DNA from: Lingula anatina
Lineage: Eukaryota; Animalia; Brachiopoda
Assembly (NCBI GenBank): GCA_051362555.1
Contig: CM120643.1
Location: 29,454,848-29,518,847, forward strand
DNA length: 64,000 nt
Direction: 5' to 3'
A program made the translations under genes and the position numbers. Every line of letters starts with the position of its first letter. The first letter of the stretch is position 1. The notes beneath the pieces were generated by a model. That model did not search any database. It had not been told where the DNA came from and saw nothing but the letters and a program-made list of their open reading frames with translations. Below, piece after piece: positions 36,963 to 49,800 of the stretch.

Positions 36963-38869
36963 ACTGTATGTTAATTGTTGCACCGTTGCAAAACTGAGGA
37001 CCACAATTTGGCCTTCCATTTAAGATCCCATATTTTGTCATCCTAGTTTATATTCGTAGTTGTCTTCTAAAACAAACATTGGCTTAAATATTAACCACAT
37101 TTTGCATAATTTGTTGTTTAAGCGAAGTACTTCCAACCAATTTATCTCACTCCTTTTTGTGAAAAGGGATCCCAGGACTTATTTTAAACACCTTCACAAA
37201 TGAGACTTGAATAGTTGCAATTTTAGATCACTATAGTGATTTAAGTGGAGTCAATCAAGTGAAATTGCCTCCATTCAGAACAAACTGGATATGTTATTTC
37301 CCCGAGGAAGATGCTCTAGTTTATGAAGACTTTATACAGACATCAAAATATTGGATTGTATTGGACGTATACAACAAGGGCAATATTAGCCGTTGATTGA
37401 AGAAAAATCACAACTTTATTCTTGTAACACAGCTAATGAAATTATATAACAAGTATTTTCAGATCTTTATGAGCTGCACAAGAGCTTGGTTTACAACTTC
37501 CTATGGCTTCAAGCAACCCGTTTAAATGTTTATATTTATATTGAGGAGGCATCCTTTTGGTACATATATATGTAACATGTCACGTGTAGCCCGGGAGGTG
37601 ACAGGAGTGGTAGTCCTAGGAGTGGAAGTGTGGGCTCCCACACGTTTTAACGTTAAAGGTACAGGTAAGGGTGAGGATTGAGGTAAGCATATAGGACAAA
37701 TGTCACCTGGTCAAGGTAATGGGTGGAAAGTTCCAAGCGGACTACCATTCCTGTGACGAAACTGGGGGGCCTTAAAACAAAAAATGCAATGCCCATATAA
37801 TTATACAGTTTAGGATTACCTGACGTAAGTGGGTCAAAATGTAGGGCGAGGCTTGCCTGTACATTGGGTACCGGGCTCTCTATCATGGGGGAATCTCTGT
37901 CACGTACGTCACACCGGTGACAGCCACATAAGAACACACTTTACTGCATGTCATTAATATCATTATAAACATAAGTATAGGCCGCTTATAGCAATTATGT
38001 AACAGCATGAAGGTATTTTAGTACTCAATTAATAGCAAACCGTAGGTTTGGGAATGGTGTTGGGTAAATAAAGGGAAATAAAATAATAATGAAAAGCAGC
38101 CCTATAGTCATTGTCAATTTTAAAATTGAAACGACCAAATGACCAACAGGCCTATATAGTAAAGGAAAAATCCCACTCCATTAAAAAGAGCAAAAACTCG
38201 ATTGTGCTCGAGTGTGGTGTTTTAACGCAGATACCATCTTTTATATCATCTAACAATCATACATTTAAAGATATATGATATGATATAATACGAAATAGAG
38301 GATCTGGCGAGGCACTCTACATATGAAAATACAGCAGTCAAAACAACTGGATAATTTCACCCTCCTGACGTAATTACTGTTGGTGTTTGTACACTTTTCT
38401 GTAAAATAAACCTTATATAGTCTATATAAATCATGAGACAAAAGCCATTTATGTAGAAACTTGCACTCATGCAACCGCACATACACACGCTCACACATGG
38501 AAACCCACTGTGCCTGCTGACGCACGTACCTGTAAACATCACACCCTCCTAAACACACTTACACACGTGGCATAGATCTATTAAAATGTACCTCACCAGA
38601 AAAAACCCTAGCAAAATGAAGATTTTGCAGCAATATTGCTGCAAACTTAAAGTTTTCGGTAACGAGTGCGTGAATAAATATATTACTGCTAATTGCAGTA
38701 AATCTTCTGCAAATTCGTTGCAATTTTGTAGCAAGCCTGATGTTGCTCTTGGGGATATTATGCACACATAGAAAATGAAACATAATCCTTAGCAAAATAT
38801 CAGTCTACATGCCCATACAATCAGAAACATTTAACTTATTCTATTTCATTTGTCATTTTCATAAAAAAT
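36963..38869 (+). repeat. 3' flank of copy A, inverted repeat of the 3' flank of copy B (45126-46870)
   Basis: Colinear reverse-complement homology to ~38869/45126 (AGTCTACATGCCCATACA...TCATTTTCATAAAAAAT). Confidence 0.9.
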
Positions 38870-39009
38870 GTGGCACAAATCTGGCGATCTCGATGACCAA
38901 GATGGCTGCCCGATCCATTGGTTTTGGATTTTATATGTTAATCTATTTAAAATGTTCTTTGTAAACCGGCATATTTATCGTGCAATGTAAAATTGTATGT
39001 TAATTGCCC

Positions 39010-40320
39010 CTATGTTAGGTGACCTACCACATGTCCCAAATAGACCACACTGGCTTGACAAAATTCACTTTTTGCCAAATTAACAGTCAAATGTGCTTCC
39101 TTTAATCTCTGAAGCACTTTACACAGCAGAAGGTGGTGCTGTTCAAAGGTGTCACTGTACACCACAATATCGTTTATGTATACATCCACACCATCAGTAT
39201 CTGCTAAACATTCATTCATCATAAGTTGATACGTCGCTGGAAAATTGTTCATACCAAAAGGCATGACCTCGTACTGTTAAAGACCCTTTTGGGTGATGAA
39301 AGCTGATATTTCTTTGCCCTTTCTGCTAGGGGGACATACCCGTATCCTTTCAATAAGTCACATTTTGTGATGTACTTTGATTTACCGATCGTGTCAATAC
39401 AATCAGTCATTCTAGGTATGGGATAAGAATCAGTTTTTGACAGAAAATTCACTTTGCGAATGTACAAAACCTCATAGACCCATCGGACTTTGGTGGCAGA
39501 ACCCAGGGTGAAGCCCAGCTGCTCTGACTTACTTCAATAATAACATTTTCCAACATGCATGGCGCCTCTTTGTCCATCGCTTCAGCATTATGAGGATTAA
39601 CACGATAAGGATGTTGCTTTACAGGAATTGCATCACCAACATCAACACCATGCTTGGCTATGTGAGTCTTGTTAGGCACATCAGGCAATACACACTTGTA
39701 CTCCAACAAATATGTTCACAGTTCACTTGACTCTAGAGGGGACAGATGACTCAACTTTGCATCGATATTTGCCAAAATATCTGAATTGCAAAGCCTCACA
39801 GGTATTTTTTCTTCTAGTTCAACACCTGGACTAGATTCTGATACAACACCAGGCAAAACTTTATCTGACCTCTGGTGATATGCATTTAGCATGTAAACGT
39901 GACACAGCTGAGTAGCTTTACGCCGATCGGGGGTTTTAACAACATAAACAACCTCATTTACCCTCTTCAGAATCTCATAAGGACCCTGGTATCTAGCTTG
40001 CAAAGGACTACCTGAAATAGGTAACCACCACAAGACCTTGTCACCTGGGCAAAAATTGCGATCACAAGCAACTTAATCATACAACCTCTTCATCTTGACC
40101 TGAGATGACTTAAGGTTCTCATGAGCCAACTCACAAGCTTTATGCTATCTTCCCTTGAACCTGGACACATATTCCAACAAACTAACATCCTCTGCATCTT
40201 CCTGCAACCACTTTTCTTTCAACAACTTCAATGGGCCTCGAACAGTATGTCCAAACACCAGCTCAAAAGGACTAAAGCCTGACGACTCCTGTACAGACTC
40301 TCTAACTGCAAACAACAACA
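39010..40320 (-). mobile_element. Ty3/Gypsy LTR-retrotransposon pol fragment, Gmr1-type (integrase upstream of RT), degenerate
   Basis: Minus strand reads integrase C-terminus (LLFAVRESVQESSGFSPFELVFG...RYQGPYEI), then RT (PVKQHPYR, SSWASP, DSYPIPR, DLLKGY, MPFGMNN, VYINDIVVYS, YLGHVVG); stops and frameshifts. Confidence 0.85.
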
Positions 40321-40321
40321 A

Positions 40322-41600
40322 AGATTATATATATATTACTAAAACTACTCCTTATGGTGCATTCCATTAAAATCTCATTGCGCCTTAAAAATATCTAAAA
40401 ATATTAAAAACACTGACAATACTGACAATAAGTGAGTAAACGACACGGATAATCAGATAAAAATATATGCATTAATAAATCAATACATAAAATATATTAA
40501 TAAATAAATTAATTAAAAATGTTACTAGATCTAGATTTTGGAATTCTCATACCTGCCCATGTGAAAATGAGACCAAGGTTCGAAGAAGATAGTAAGTAAG
40601 CATACTTTGTGCAGTTATGTATGTCAGTAGTGCTAAGCAAGAGTGTATCTCCAGGCATCGTACTGTTAACAAGATTTCATATGATAAAGGATGACACCCT
40701 TATCGGCTTGGTTCCAACCAGAGACAGAGAAAGCGTTAAATGCACTCGACCATGAGAAAAACCTGACAGAATAAATATTATAAAAGAAAACAGGAATAAT
40801 AATAAAGGTATTAGTACATACAGTAACAAATTCATCGCATCGATATCGCATTGTTAATGTGAACCTGGATTTGGAAAACTAGGAGTCAGCTACTATGGAT
40901 ATAATTATGACATCAAAAAGAAAATTGATACACATGGATGGAATTTAAATTCGTCTGCCCCTCCTGACATTAGAGCGTGACGTAATGTCATATGTATACT
41001 CAACTTACTCATGCTTTGTATGATGCTATTTTAAAAACTCGCGCCTTTGAATGTAGTCTGGGCGCTTTTTAAAGTAAAAAAGATTACAGTATCGTTTTGT
41101 TGTTTTACAACACTAGTGGTTTAGATTAAAGTCATTTACACAAATCAATTACAGACACAATTTAAAATCGTGTTGTAATGTAAAAGACACCGCATTGGTC
41201 GCATCGTCGTTCGACACAGCTCCATCAGCTTGGCCTGCAGTTCCCTCTGTTTATCTGTCAGCACCCACTGATGGTTGTAGTTGAACCCAATCCCCCAGTA
41301 AGGGCGCTTACCCCAGGGTTTCTCTGCGAACATATCCGTGGTGCTTCAGCGCGATCCGACGATCTTTACAAGTGACGCGTTATGACGAACAAAGTGCTTC
41401 TTTATAGAGTCTCTAGCTTGTCACCTGATCTACCGTCTAGGGGTCCAGGGTCAAGGTTTTGGATCGTGAAACAGATGCTGTGGTGTGATTAGTTTTCCGT
41501 ATGACAGGGTCCCGCTGGGGGGGGGGGGGGGGTCGTTTTCACAGTTGACGGAAAATTAGGGTAAAGGTTGTGTATCGTGCTATTGGTATCATTTGATTAA
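40322..41600 (-). pseudogene. Copy G: B-like promoter, exon 1 with destroyed splice donor, and part of intron 1, truncated at the Gypsy fragment
   Basis: Exon 1 41333-~41190 (MFAEKPWG...), first ATG mutated to ACG as in copy B; GTAAGT donor deleted; 40322-41180 is a direct repeat of 52640-53720 lacking the 52913 MITE. Confidence 0.9.
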
Positions 41601-42239
41601 CATCAGAGGTCGTGGAGGTAGAGGAAAGTCTGTCTTGCGAGTTGCAAGGGTCAGATTATATGTCCTTTCAAGCAGAACGCTTATTGCAAGGAGCGATGGA
41701 CGTGGAAATTGTACTCATTTCTTGAGTTTGTCTTGCTTCTTGTGTACGTGGCACACACTCACCACTTACGAAGGGAATACAACGCACGGCGAAAGTAGTG
41801 CTCTTTTGCGTCAGTTTTGCTTCACACTTGCCTCACACGTTTGTGGTGACGTACTGACGGCGTACGCCAGTTTTGCTTCCCGTTTTCCTTTTTTTCTTAT
41901 TCCTCCTCCCTTTTTTCTACTATGTAAGCTTCTTTCTATTGCCTTTTGGAGGCATATCAGAAACTAAATTGAGAAAAAATTTGAAAATTTTGAAAATTGT
42001 TGTACACGTTACACAGTCGATGTTCATTGTAAAGACACAGGCGTTCGTCGTGAGCACGCCTTTCATACACCAGGCGTGGGGGTGTCGCACGTGCGAAGCA
42101 TTCCCGGTGTGCTCTCGACTTTGTTCGTTAGTTGTGAGGGCGTGCGCCTTACTCAATGGTACTTGTTCATTCATTGCTTGAGACGTGCATCTTGCACAAC
42201 TCGCGTCTCTCTTGCTAACTCCGTGCGAGGGTAGCAAGT

Positions 42240-42452
42240 TACTAAAATTCGCACTGCCTGACCCAGAAGCCCACTCAGGTTGTCTGCCCGGTCAGTATGT
42301 GGAAGCACGTGTCAATGTTGGCGGGAAATTCCACGAGCGTTATCTGTCGCCCATGAGTGCTCCCACTGCGTTTGGTGTGATGGAATTCGGGCTGCGCCTG
42401 GAGACGCATGGCGCGTTCTCCCTCGCTGTTAAGAATATGAAAATCGGTAGGT
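42240..42452 (+). pseudogene. Orphan 3' part of exon 10 (reductase FAD-binding subdomain)
   Basis: LKFALPDPEAHSGCLPGQYVEARVNVGGKFHERYLSPMSAPTAFGVMEFGLRLETHGAFSLAVKNMKIG plus donor GTAGGT; near-identical to exon 10; preceded directly by a Harbinger-MITE fragment. Confidence 0.9.
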
Positions 42453-42759
42453 GATTTAATTGGGTAGTGTTCCTTTGGGCTTGTCAGTGCTTGGTTTAGG
42501 CAAATCTTGGTTCTGTCAAAAAAGTATCCGTATGTCGGCAACAACTGCATAGAAGAATTTGAAATTTTGCATGCAAGCGGTCAGTTTTGCAGTGCGTAAA
42601 ATGAGCTAAGTAGTGCTTTACAAATTTGTTAATTTGTGGCGGAATGGCGCGAAAACGATAGACATTACCAGACAGATTATAGCCCCAAACGGAGGTACCC
42701 ACTGTAAACAGCAAAACATCGTCGTCTGTTTCTCTAATGAATTGGGGGCCATGACCGCT

Positions 42760-43670
42760 TCTGGGTAGAACACTGAAACCACGTGGCTTTCTTTATTGAG
42801 GTCAGATGTCACCTGTACCGCCCAACTAGTCAAAACAGCCCGCACGAAAATGCAGTAGTATCGAAGTAGCAAAGAAGCATTAACGCAGTAGTGGTGTGGA
42901 GCATATTTGCATTAGAAATGCAGTATACCCTACTGCAATTCTACTTCAAAAATTACATAGGGTTGTACAGAGGAGGAGGAGCATTAATGCAGTAGAAGAG
43001 CAGCATAATAGAAGCAAGTTTCAAATATGCTAATTACATGTAGCTCCCAAATCGAAGCAGATTTGAGGCATATTTGCAGTATGATTGCAGTAGTCTACTG
43101 CGCTGGAGCATCTACTGCGTTTTCGTGCGGGAGGGTTTACAGACATCCAGAAGAGGCCTACGATGAAGCATGTGCCGCGTCTAAAGTGACACGGGTCATT
43201 GACAGCGTCAGTATTTGGAGTGGATACCACATAGGTGCCAAAACACCAATGGTAGTCATCGACGAAAACCTGAACCAGATTAAATAAAGGAATAATCTGG
43301 GGACAACTGGACTATCATTTGATAGGGGGCAACTTAAGAACAATTTTAGGTTGCACGGTGAGATTGCCGGTTCTCACAGAGCACTTTTAATAGCAGATTA
43401 CTTACAGAACCTAGGGAATGAGCAGCTACCTTGTTCATCAAAATTGCCATTTTTGAACCAAATAGACAATATGTGGATAGGACATTACTTGCCGAATCAA
43501 TGGCCTACATGTCCTACAACAAAATTGGACAGATTTTAACCGATGCCTGGAATGTTATTCCAGATTTAACTCTAAAAATCTATCCCAAGGAATGCCTTGC
43601 CACTTGAGAGCGCTGGTAGCAGCCAGAGGGGGTCAGTTGTAACAGCAACCGTTACTGTGACTAGACACTG
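42760..43670 (+). mobile_element. Degenerate Tc1 transposase, interrupted by a MITE
   Basis: RVYRHPEEAYDEAC...SVSIWSG...TPMVVIDENLN; AGSHRALLIADYLQ...LPFLNQIDNMW; AARGG. These match the Tc1 RVWR, GGSVMVWG, HRA, SPDLNPIENLW and GGHT blocks. Confidence 0.7.
42839..43131. mobile_element. EnSpm/CACTA-type MITE (CCC termini, 2-bp TSD)
   Basis: TIR CCCGCACGAAAA(T/C)GCAGTAG, AG duplication; inverted family copy at 58815-59099. Confidence 0.85.
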
Positions 43671-45914
43671 ACATGAGGGTCCTTTGTGGAGCGTGTAACT
43701 CTTTTACAGACAATAATTTGGAAAATATGGAGATACAAAATATCTCTTTATATGGTTGTCGTATGACATAGAATAGGCAATGTGTTTTTGTTTGCTTCTC
43801 TGGCGAATTCAGTTAATGAACTGATGTCACAATGACATCAAAGATATAATTAAAAGTTATTAAAACACGGTTTTAATCCTTATTTTCATTTATCAGTCAG
43901 CATAAAAGGAAAAAACTGATGAAAAATGATTTTGAAAAAGAATATTCCATATTAAATGTCACGTCTGTATATACGCCTACGTATATAATCTATAATATGT
44001 CTAACATCTTCGTTAATAAAATACTTTCGTGTTGAAGTTTTGAAAACTGTCTATATACAGTATCACTAAGCAATCCTAAACTTATTCTATTCCATTTATC
44101 ATTTTCATCAAAAGCTACAGACTTGACATTTAATATATGGAATATTTATATCCAAAGATAGTCCTAGGTAAAAATGCATTTTTTTTAATTTAGACCTCAT
44201 ATTAGATATGTGAATGAAGAATTGTGTAGTCAGGAGTGTCTTTACCAATTAACTCACTACCATGTCTGTTGCACTGCTGCATTGTGTAATATGCAATGGT
44301 TTAATTGGGTAATGCTCTTTTGAGCTGATCAAAGCTTGGCTTTGACGAAGTATGGTTCTGTCCAAAGGGTATCCATTTGTCGGCAACTACTGCACAGAAG
44401 AATTTGAAATTTTGCATGCAAGCGGTCGATTTGGCAGTGCGTAAAATGAGCTAAGCAGTGTTTTACAACATTGTTAATCAATGCCAGAATGGTGCGAAAA
44501 AAACGGACATTGCCAGGCAGATTATTGTGTCCCACGGAACGGTCTGCACAGTATTGTAGAGTTATACCCAGACTGATGTAGCTACCCAGATGCCTGCCCA
44601 ATGTATCGAAATCTGAAGATCCTTTGTGAGGCGTTTAGCACTTTTACAGATTATAATTGGGAAAATATGAAGATCCAAAATATCGCTTTTTATGGCTGCC
44701 GTATACCTTAAAATAAGCAATGTATTTTTGTTTGCATCAATGACGAATTCAATTAAAGAACTGATTACGTGTTCACAGTGACATCAAGATGATTATTAAA
44801 ATTTATTTAAAAAAAAATTTAAGCCTTATTTTCAAGAGTCAGAAATTAGCACAAAATTGATGAATGATAATTTGGAATAAATATTTCATATTAAATGTCT
44901 GTATTGATTTATTATTTCATTTGCAGGTACATTCTAGAGTTCACTGATATATGTCTAATAAAGTAGCACGTTAATGTAAGATATTGCATGTATATATCAT
45001 AAATAATCTGCAATCTTCACTTGATTTCCCTGAACACGTTCCTGCTGTATCTAAGTGACCCCTTCTTGTTTGAGAGGTATATTTCTGAGACATCATATAA
45101 CATGTTCAAGGAAATGCTAAAATATATTTTTTATGAAAATGATAAATGAAATAGAACAAGTTAAAGAATTCTGAGTGTATGGGCATGTAGACTAATATTT
45201 TTGTAAGGGATGTGTTTTCAGTTTCTGTGTGTGCATGATATCCCTTAGCACAGTATTAGGCTTGCTGCAAAATTGTGTGAGGGTGTGAGGTTAACAGGTA
45301 CGTGGGTCAGCAGACACAGTGGGTTTTCCTGTGTGAGCGTGTGCACGTGGATATGTGATTGCGTGAGTGCAAGTTTCCATATAAATGGCTTTTGTTACAT
45401 GGTTTGTATACAACTGTAGATTAAATAATGTTTATTTTAAAGAAACTTGTATCAACACCAACAGTAATTACGTTAGGAGGTTGAAATTGTCCAGTTGTTT
45501 TGATTGCTGTATTTTCATATGTAGAGTGCTGCACCATACCCTCTTTTCCGTATTATATCATACCATATATATTTGAATGTATGAATATTAGATTATATAA
45601 AAATCATATCTACGTTACAACACCACACTCGAGTACAATTGAGTTTTTGCTCCTTTTAATGGAGTGGGTTTTTTTCCCTTTATTATATAGGCCTGTTGGT
45701 CATTTGGACGTTCCGATTTTAAAATTGACAAGGACTGCAGGGTGGTTTTTCATTATTTGTTTACTCTACACCATTCCCAAACCTACGGTTTGCTGTTAAT
45801 TGAGTACTAAAATACCTTCATGTTGTAACATAATTGCTATAAGCGAGCTATACTTATGTTTATAATGATATAAGTGACATGCAGCAAAGCGTGTTTTTAT
45901 GTGGTTGTCACCTG

Positions 45915-46257
45915 TGTGACGCACGTGACAGAGATTCCCCCATGGTAGAGAGTCCGGTTCCCATTAATTTGTACAGGAAGCCTTGCCCTAGATTTTGACC
46001 CACATACGTCAGGTTAACAATAAACTGTATAATTATATGGGCAGTGCATTCTCGGTTTTAAGGCCCCTCAGTTTCGTCACACCGGTGTGGTAGGAATGCT
46101 AGTTCGCTTGGAACCATAGTTCCACCCATTACTTTGTCCAGTTGATATTCGTCCTATATACTAACCTCTTACTCCAATTAACCCTAACCTGTACTTTTAA
46201 CGTTATAACGTATGCTACCCCGCACTTCCATTCCTAAGGACTACCACTGCTGTCACA
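45915..46257. mobile_element. Two adjacent Ginger-like MITEs joined at CCGG sites; shared with the copy A flank (~37590-37917)
   Basis: TGTGACG...CGTCACA (45915-46081), CCGG, TGTGG...TGTCACA (46086-46257), CCGG; the outer CCTG at 45911 is CCGG in the copy A homolog (37914). Confidence 0.6.
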
Positions 46258-46870
46258 CCGGGCTGCATGTGTTATTTTACATATATATGTACCAAATTGA
46301 TGCCTCCTCAATATGAATGTGAACATTTAAAGGGTTGCTTGAAGCCATAGCAAGTTGTAAACGAATCTCTTGTGAAGCTCATACAGATCTGAAAGTACTT
46401 GTAAGATAATTTCATTAGCTGTGTTACAAGAATAAAATAGTAATTTTTCTTCAATCAACAATCATATTGTCATTGTTGTTTACCTCCAATATTTTAATGT
46501 CTGTATAAAGTCTTCATAAACTAGAGCATCTTCCTCGGGGAAATAACAAATCCAGTGTATATTTTGAATGGAGGCAATTTCACTTGATTGACTCCACTTA
46601 AATGTTTTACAATAGTGATCTAAAATTCAAATTGCAACTGTTCAAGTATCATTTGTGAAGGTGTTTAAAATCAGTCCTGGGACCCCTTTTCACAAGAAGG
46701 TGTGAGATAAATTGGTTGGAAGTACTTCGTTTAAACAACAGATTATGCAAAATGTGGTTAATACGTAAGCCAATGTTTGTTTTAGAAGACAATTACGAAT
46801 TTAAACTAGGATGACAAAATATGGGATCTTAAAGGGAAGGCCACATTGTGGTCCTCAATTAACATACAGT

Positions 46871-49800
46871 CTAGCAGGGTAAATGCGTCGCAAGTTTGGC
46901 TTTTTGGCCATACACGGCACGTATCAGCTCGACTCCAAACGGCCCATAGATGTAGATGTCGTCGCTCTTGTATCCAAGCTCATGAAGGGCGGACAGGGTA
47001 GTGATTACGACTGCTGGACCAGTGCAGATGATGGTCTTGTTGGTGTTGCCGTTGGCGGGTGGCAGGAACGGTTTCAAGGTGCTGGCGTCGATAAGTCCCT
47101 CGGTCCCAGTCCAGGAATCGTCGCACTCGCTAACGCAGAAGGTGAAATCAAAACGACTGTCGCGTTTCCCAAATGCTGTAAGCTCCTCAAAGCACAGCAG
47201 CTGCTCCGGCGTCTTGGCGTGGTAGAAGAACTTGATCTTGGTTGTGTCAGAGGGGTCGTTGGCGATGCTGCGGATAAGTTGTATGGCAGGCGTGGCTCCG
47301 ACTCCGGTGGCTATCATGGTCAAAGTATCCAGTTTTCCCGCGGAATATTCAAAACCTCCACATGGACCTCGGCATTCTAGAGTGTCTCCTGAAATAAGGT
47401 AAGTGTACATTGCATTTTTGGTAGTTGTTTCCATGGCATAAAGAATATACACACATTTTCAAAATATAGCGCCCAACAATTTGTGTCTGTCAATGAAAAA
47501 AAAAAAACAGTTTGAATATCATCGTATTTTTTTTAGTATATCTACATTATTAATATTCAGACTTATGGTTTAAATGAAGCGCAGCGATCCACATGCATAA
47601 AAAAGTAAACGGGGAGTGTTGACTTTTAACCATACACATATCAGTTTAATGAGGCTACCTCTATTATAATGAAGAGAGCGTCATCCAAAATGTTAACTAT
47701 TAAGTTTGATGAGCAATAATATTAATATTACTTTTATGTCCTGTAAGAAAATATAGGTGCACCTACCGATTTTCATATTCTTAACAGCAATGGAGAACGC
47801 GCCATGCGTCTCTAACCGCAACCCGAACTCAATCACACCAAACGCACTGGGAGCACTCAAGGGCGACAGATAACGCTCGTGGAATTTCCCGCCAACATTG
47901 ACACGTGCTTGGACATACTGACCGGGCAGACAACCCGAGTGGTCTTCTGGGTCAGGCAGGGCGAATTTTAGTCTCTGGACTTTGTCTGCTTCTTGGATAA
48001 CCTCTGTTAGCTTAAGGGTGGTAAACGTATCGGCGTTTAAAGCAGCGAGGTGGACTTTACCCGCGGCGTCTTTGAAAGCGCCAAGAGGCAGCGCGGCAGA
48101 TGTGGAGAAAGGGTCGTTGAAGTCGGTGTCTTGGTTTGGCGCTGTGCCGCTGTCTTGGCCCAGCTCTTGCTCACACTCCCTCAGCATTTTGTGCGCAAGC
48201 TCCTTCTTTACTTCCGGTTTCAGCTTCTTTAACTCGTAGTTAAGAAGGCGCTTGTTTGATCTCTGTGACCTACAAATTAAATTTAACCATATATGTTTAT
48301 TTAAATAAAGCGTGTGACTTGTATGCATTAAAATATGAATTAAAAGCAGTAGCTTTTATCTGTCTTTTTTCAATTCAAACCTTGATTGGTGGCACAAACG
48401 AACTGAACACCAAAAATCTTGGTTAAATAAGATAAAGTTGCTAATGGTCTAAAATATTAGTCATTTCTTACTTTCTTTTATGATACTGGCGATACATTTT
48501 TTTAAATGGACCACATGAATCTTTCTACTTGAGACAAAACGAGTACATTGTGTACGCAAGATTTTGATTTTTATGTTGTAGCCAAGTTTTGGTTGCAGGT
48601 TCTTTATGTAACCAGCCCCTGGTGTTATGGATTGGCAAATCAACTCAACATACCAGTAATCCAGCTGCTCCATTCCCATGAGAGCCGTGATTCCTACCCA
48701 CTGCCGTGTGACCTCATTGCTCGGACCCATCACCCAGCCGGCTTTGCCGTCTCGGAGAAGACGCTCAATGCCTGCAATATGTCATTAATTATATATGTTA
48801 CTTAACATAGGCAGTTAGGTCAAGGATTGTTAGTTTGATCGCATTACGTATAATTCAGTTAGCCTCTTGAATCAAACGGGGATACTATTCCATGTCCTAC
48901 ACAACCTGAAAAGACTTCATTCTTGTCAGCCGCGTTTAAATGGTTTCAAGTGATGTCCATCTTTCGAAAGGAGAAACTTTGCTCAGGCAATGCTCGTGTA
49001 TCTTGTTTATTTCGAACTGCAACTCACCCAATTCTGTTTTGTATCCAGAACCACCGCAGGCGTGAAGCATTACATCGGAAACATGTCCGACATTTTTGGC
49101 CGCTTCAAACTTTATCTGCCAGCACCAGTGCAGGAAGTCTGATCTGAAGCGATTACAGGCACCATGTTTTAGTATTATATCGTTTAGTTGGGGATAAAAT
49201 AGTCCTTAACAATTTCAGCTCTTTCCAGAATATTTCCAGATTTGTTTTTAAGTGACTGAGATGAATGAAATAAATGTAAATGTTTTCAACATTGAGATGT
49301 GGAAACGTTGTTCAAATGATTTTCTTGTTATATGTATCTGGAATGCGTGTAGTAGGACGAGTTACTGCTCTGAAACGTAGCCCGTTCCTAAGTCTCACTT
49401 TGACCTTCTCACCTTGGCATGACCTTGAGATCATTGTGGATGGTCCAATCATTATTATTTGTTGCCAAATCCATTCCATGAGCCACATTGAAAACAAAGG
49501 CTCGGGAAGCATTGGTTTCTATGATGCACTCTCCGAAGTAGTCCTAGAATAGAATATATATATAACATAATTGTTGTTGAGAAATACACTTAGCAGGTCA
49601 GGAAGTACTGGTAGTGCACCAACAAGTTACTTCTTTTGTAGCACAATAAAATATCCCGAAGATGAGTTATAAAGTACAAAGCAGCCTCTAAACTTTCAAA
49701 TGACATCATTCAATCGACGTATTTTTATCAACGGATTCGTACAGTACACTTTTTTCGTACAATTATTTATACTTCGCCTGAAATACAATCTCGCTCACGT

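Noticed and set aside
35219-37041. Antisense or alternate-frame ORFs (35219-35476, 36636-37019, 46883-47380, 47982-48239, 63451-63708; also 31593-31775 and 62488-62814)
   Set aside because: Shadows of real exons; their recurrence follows from the gene duplication.
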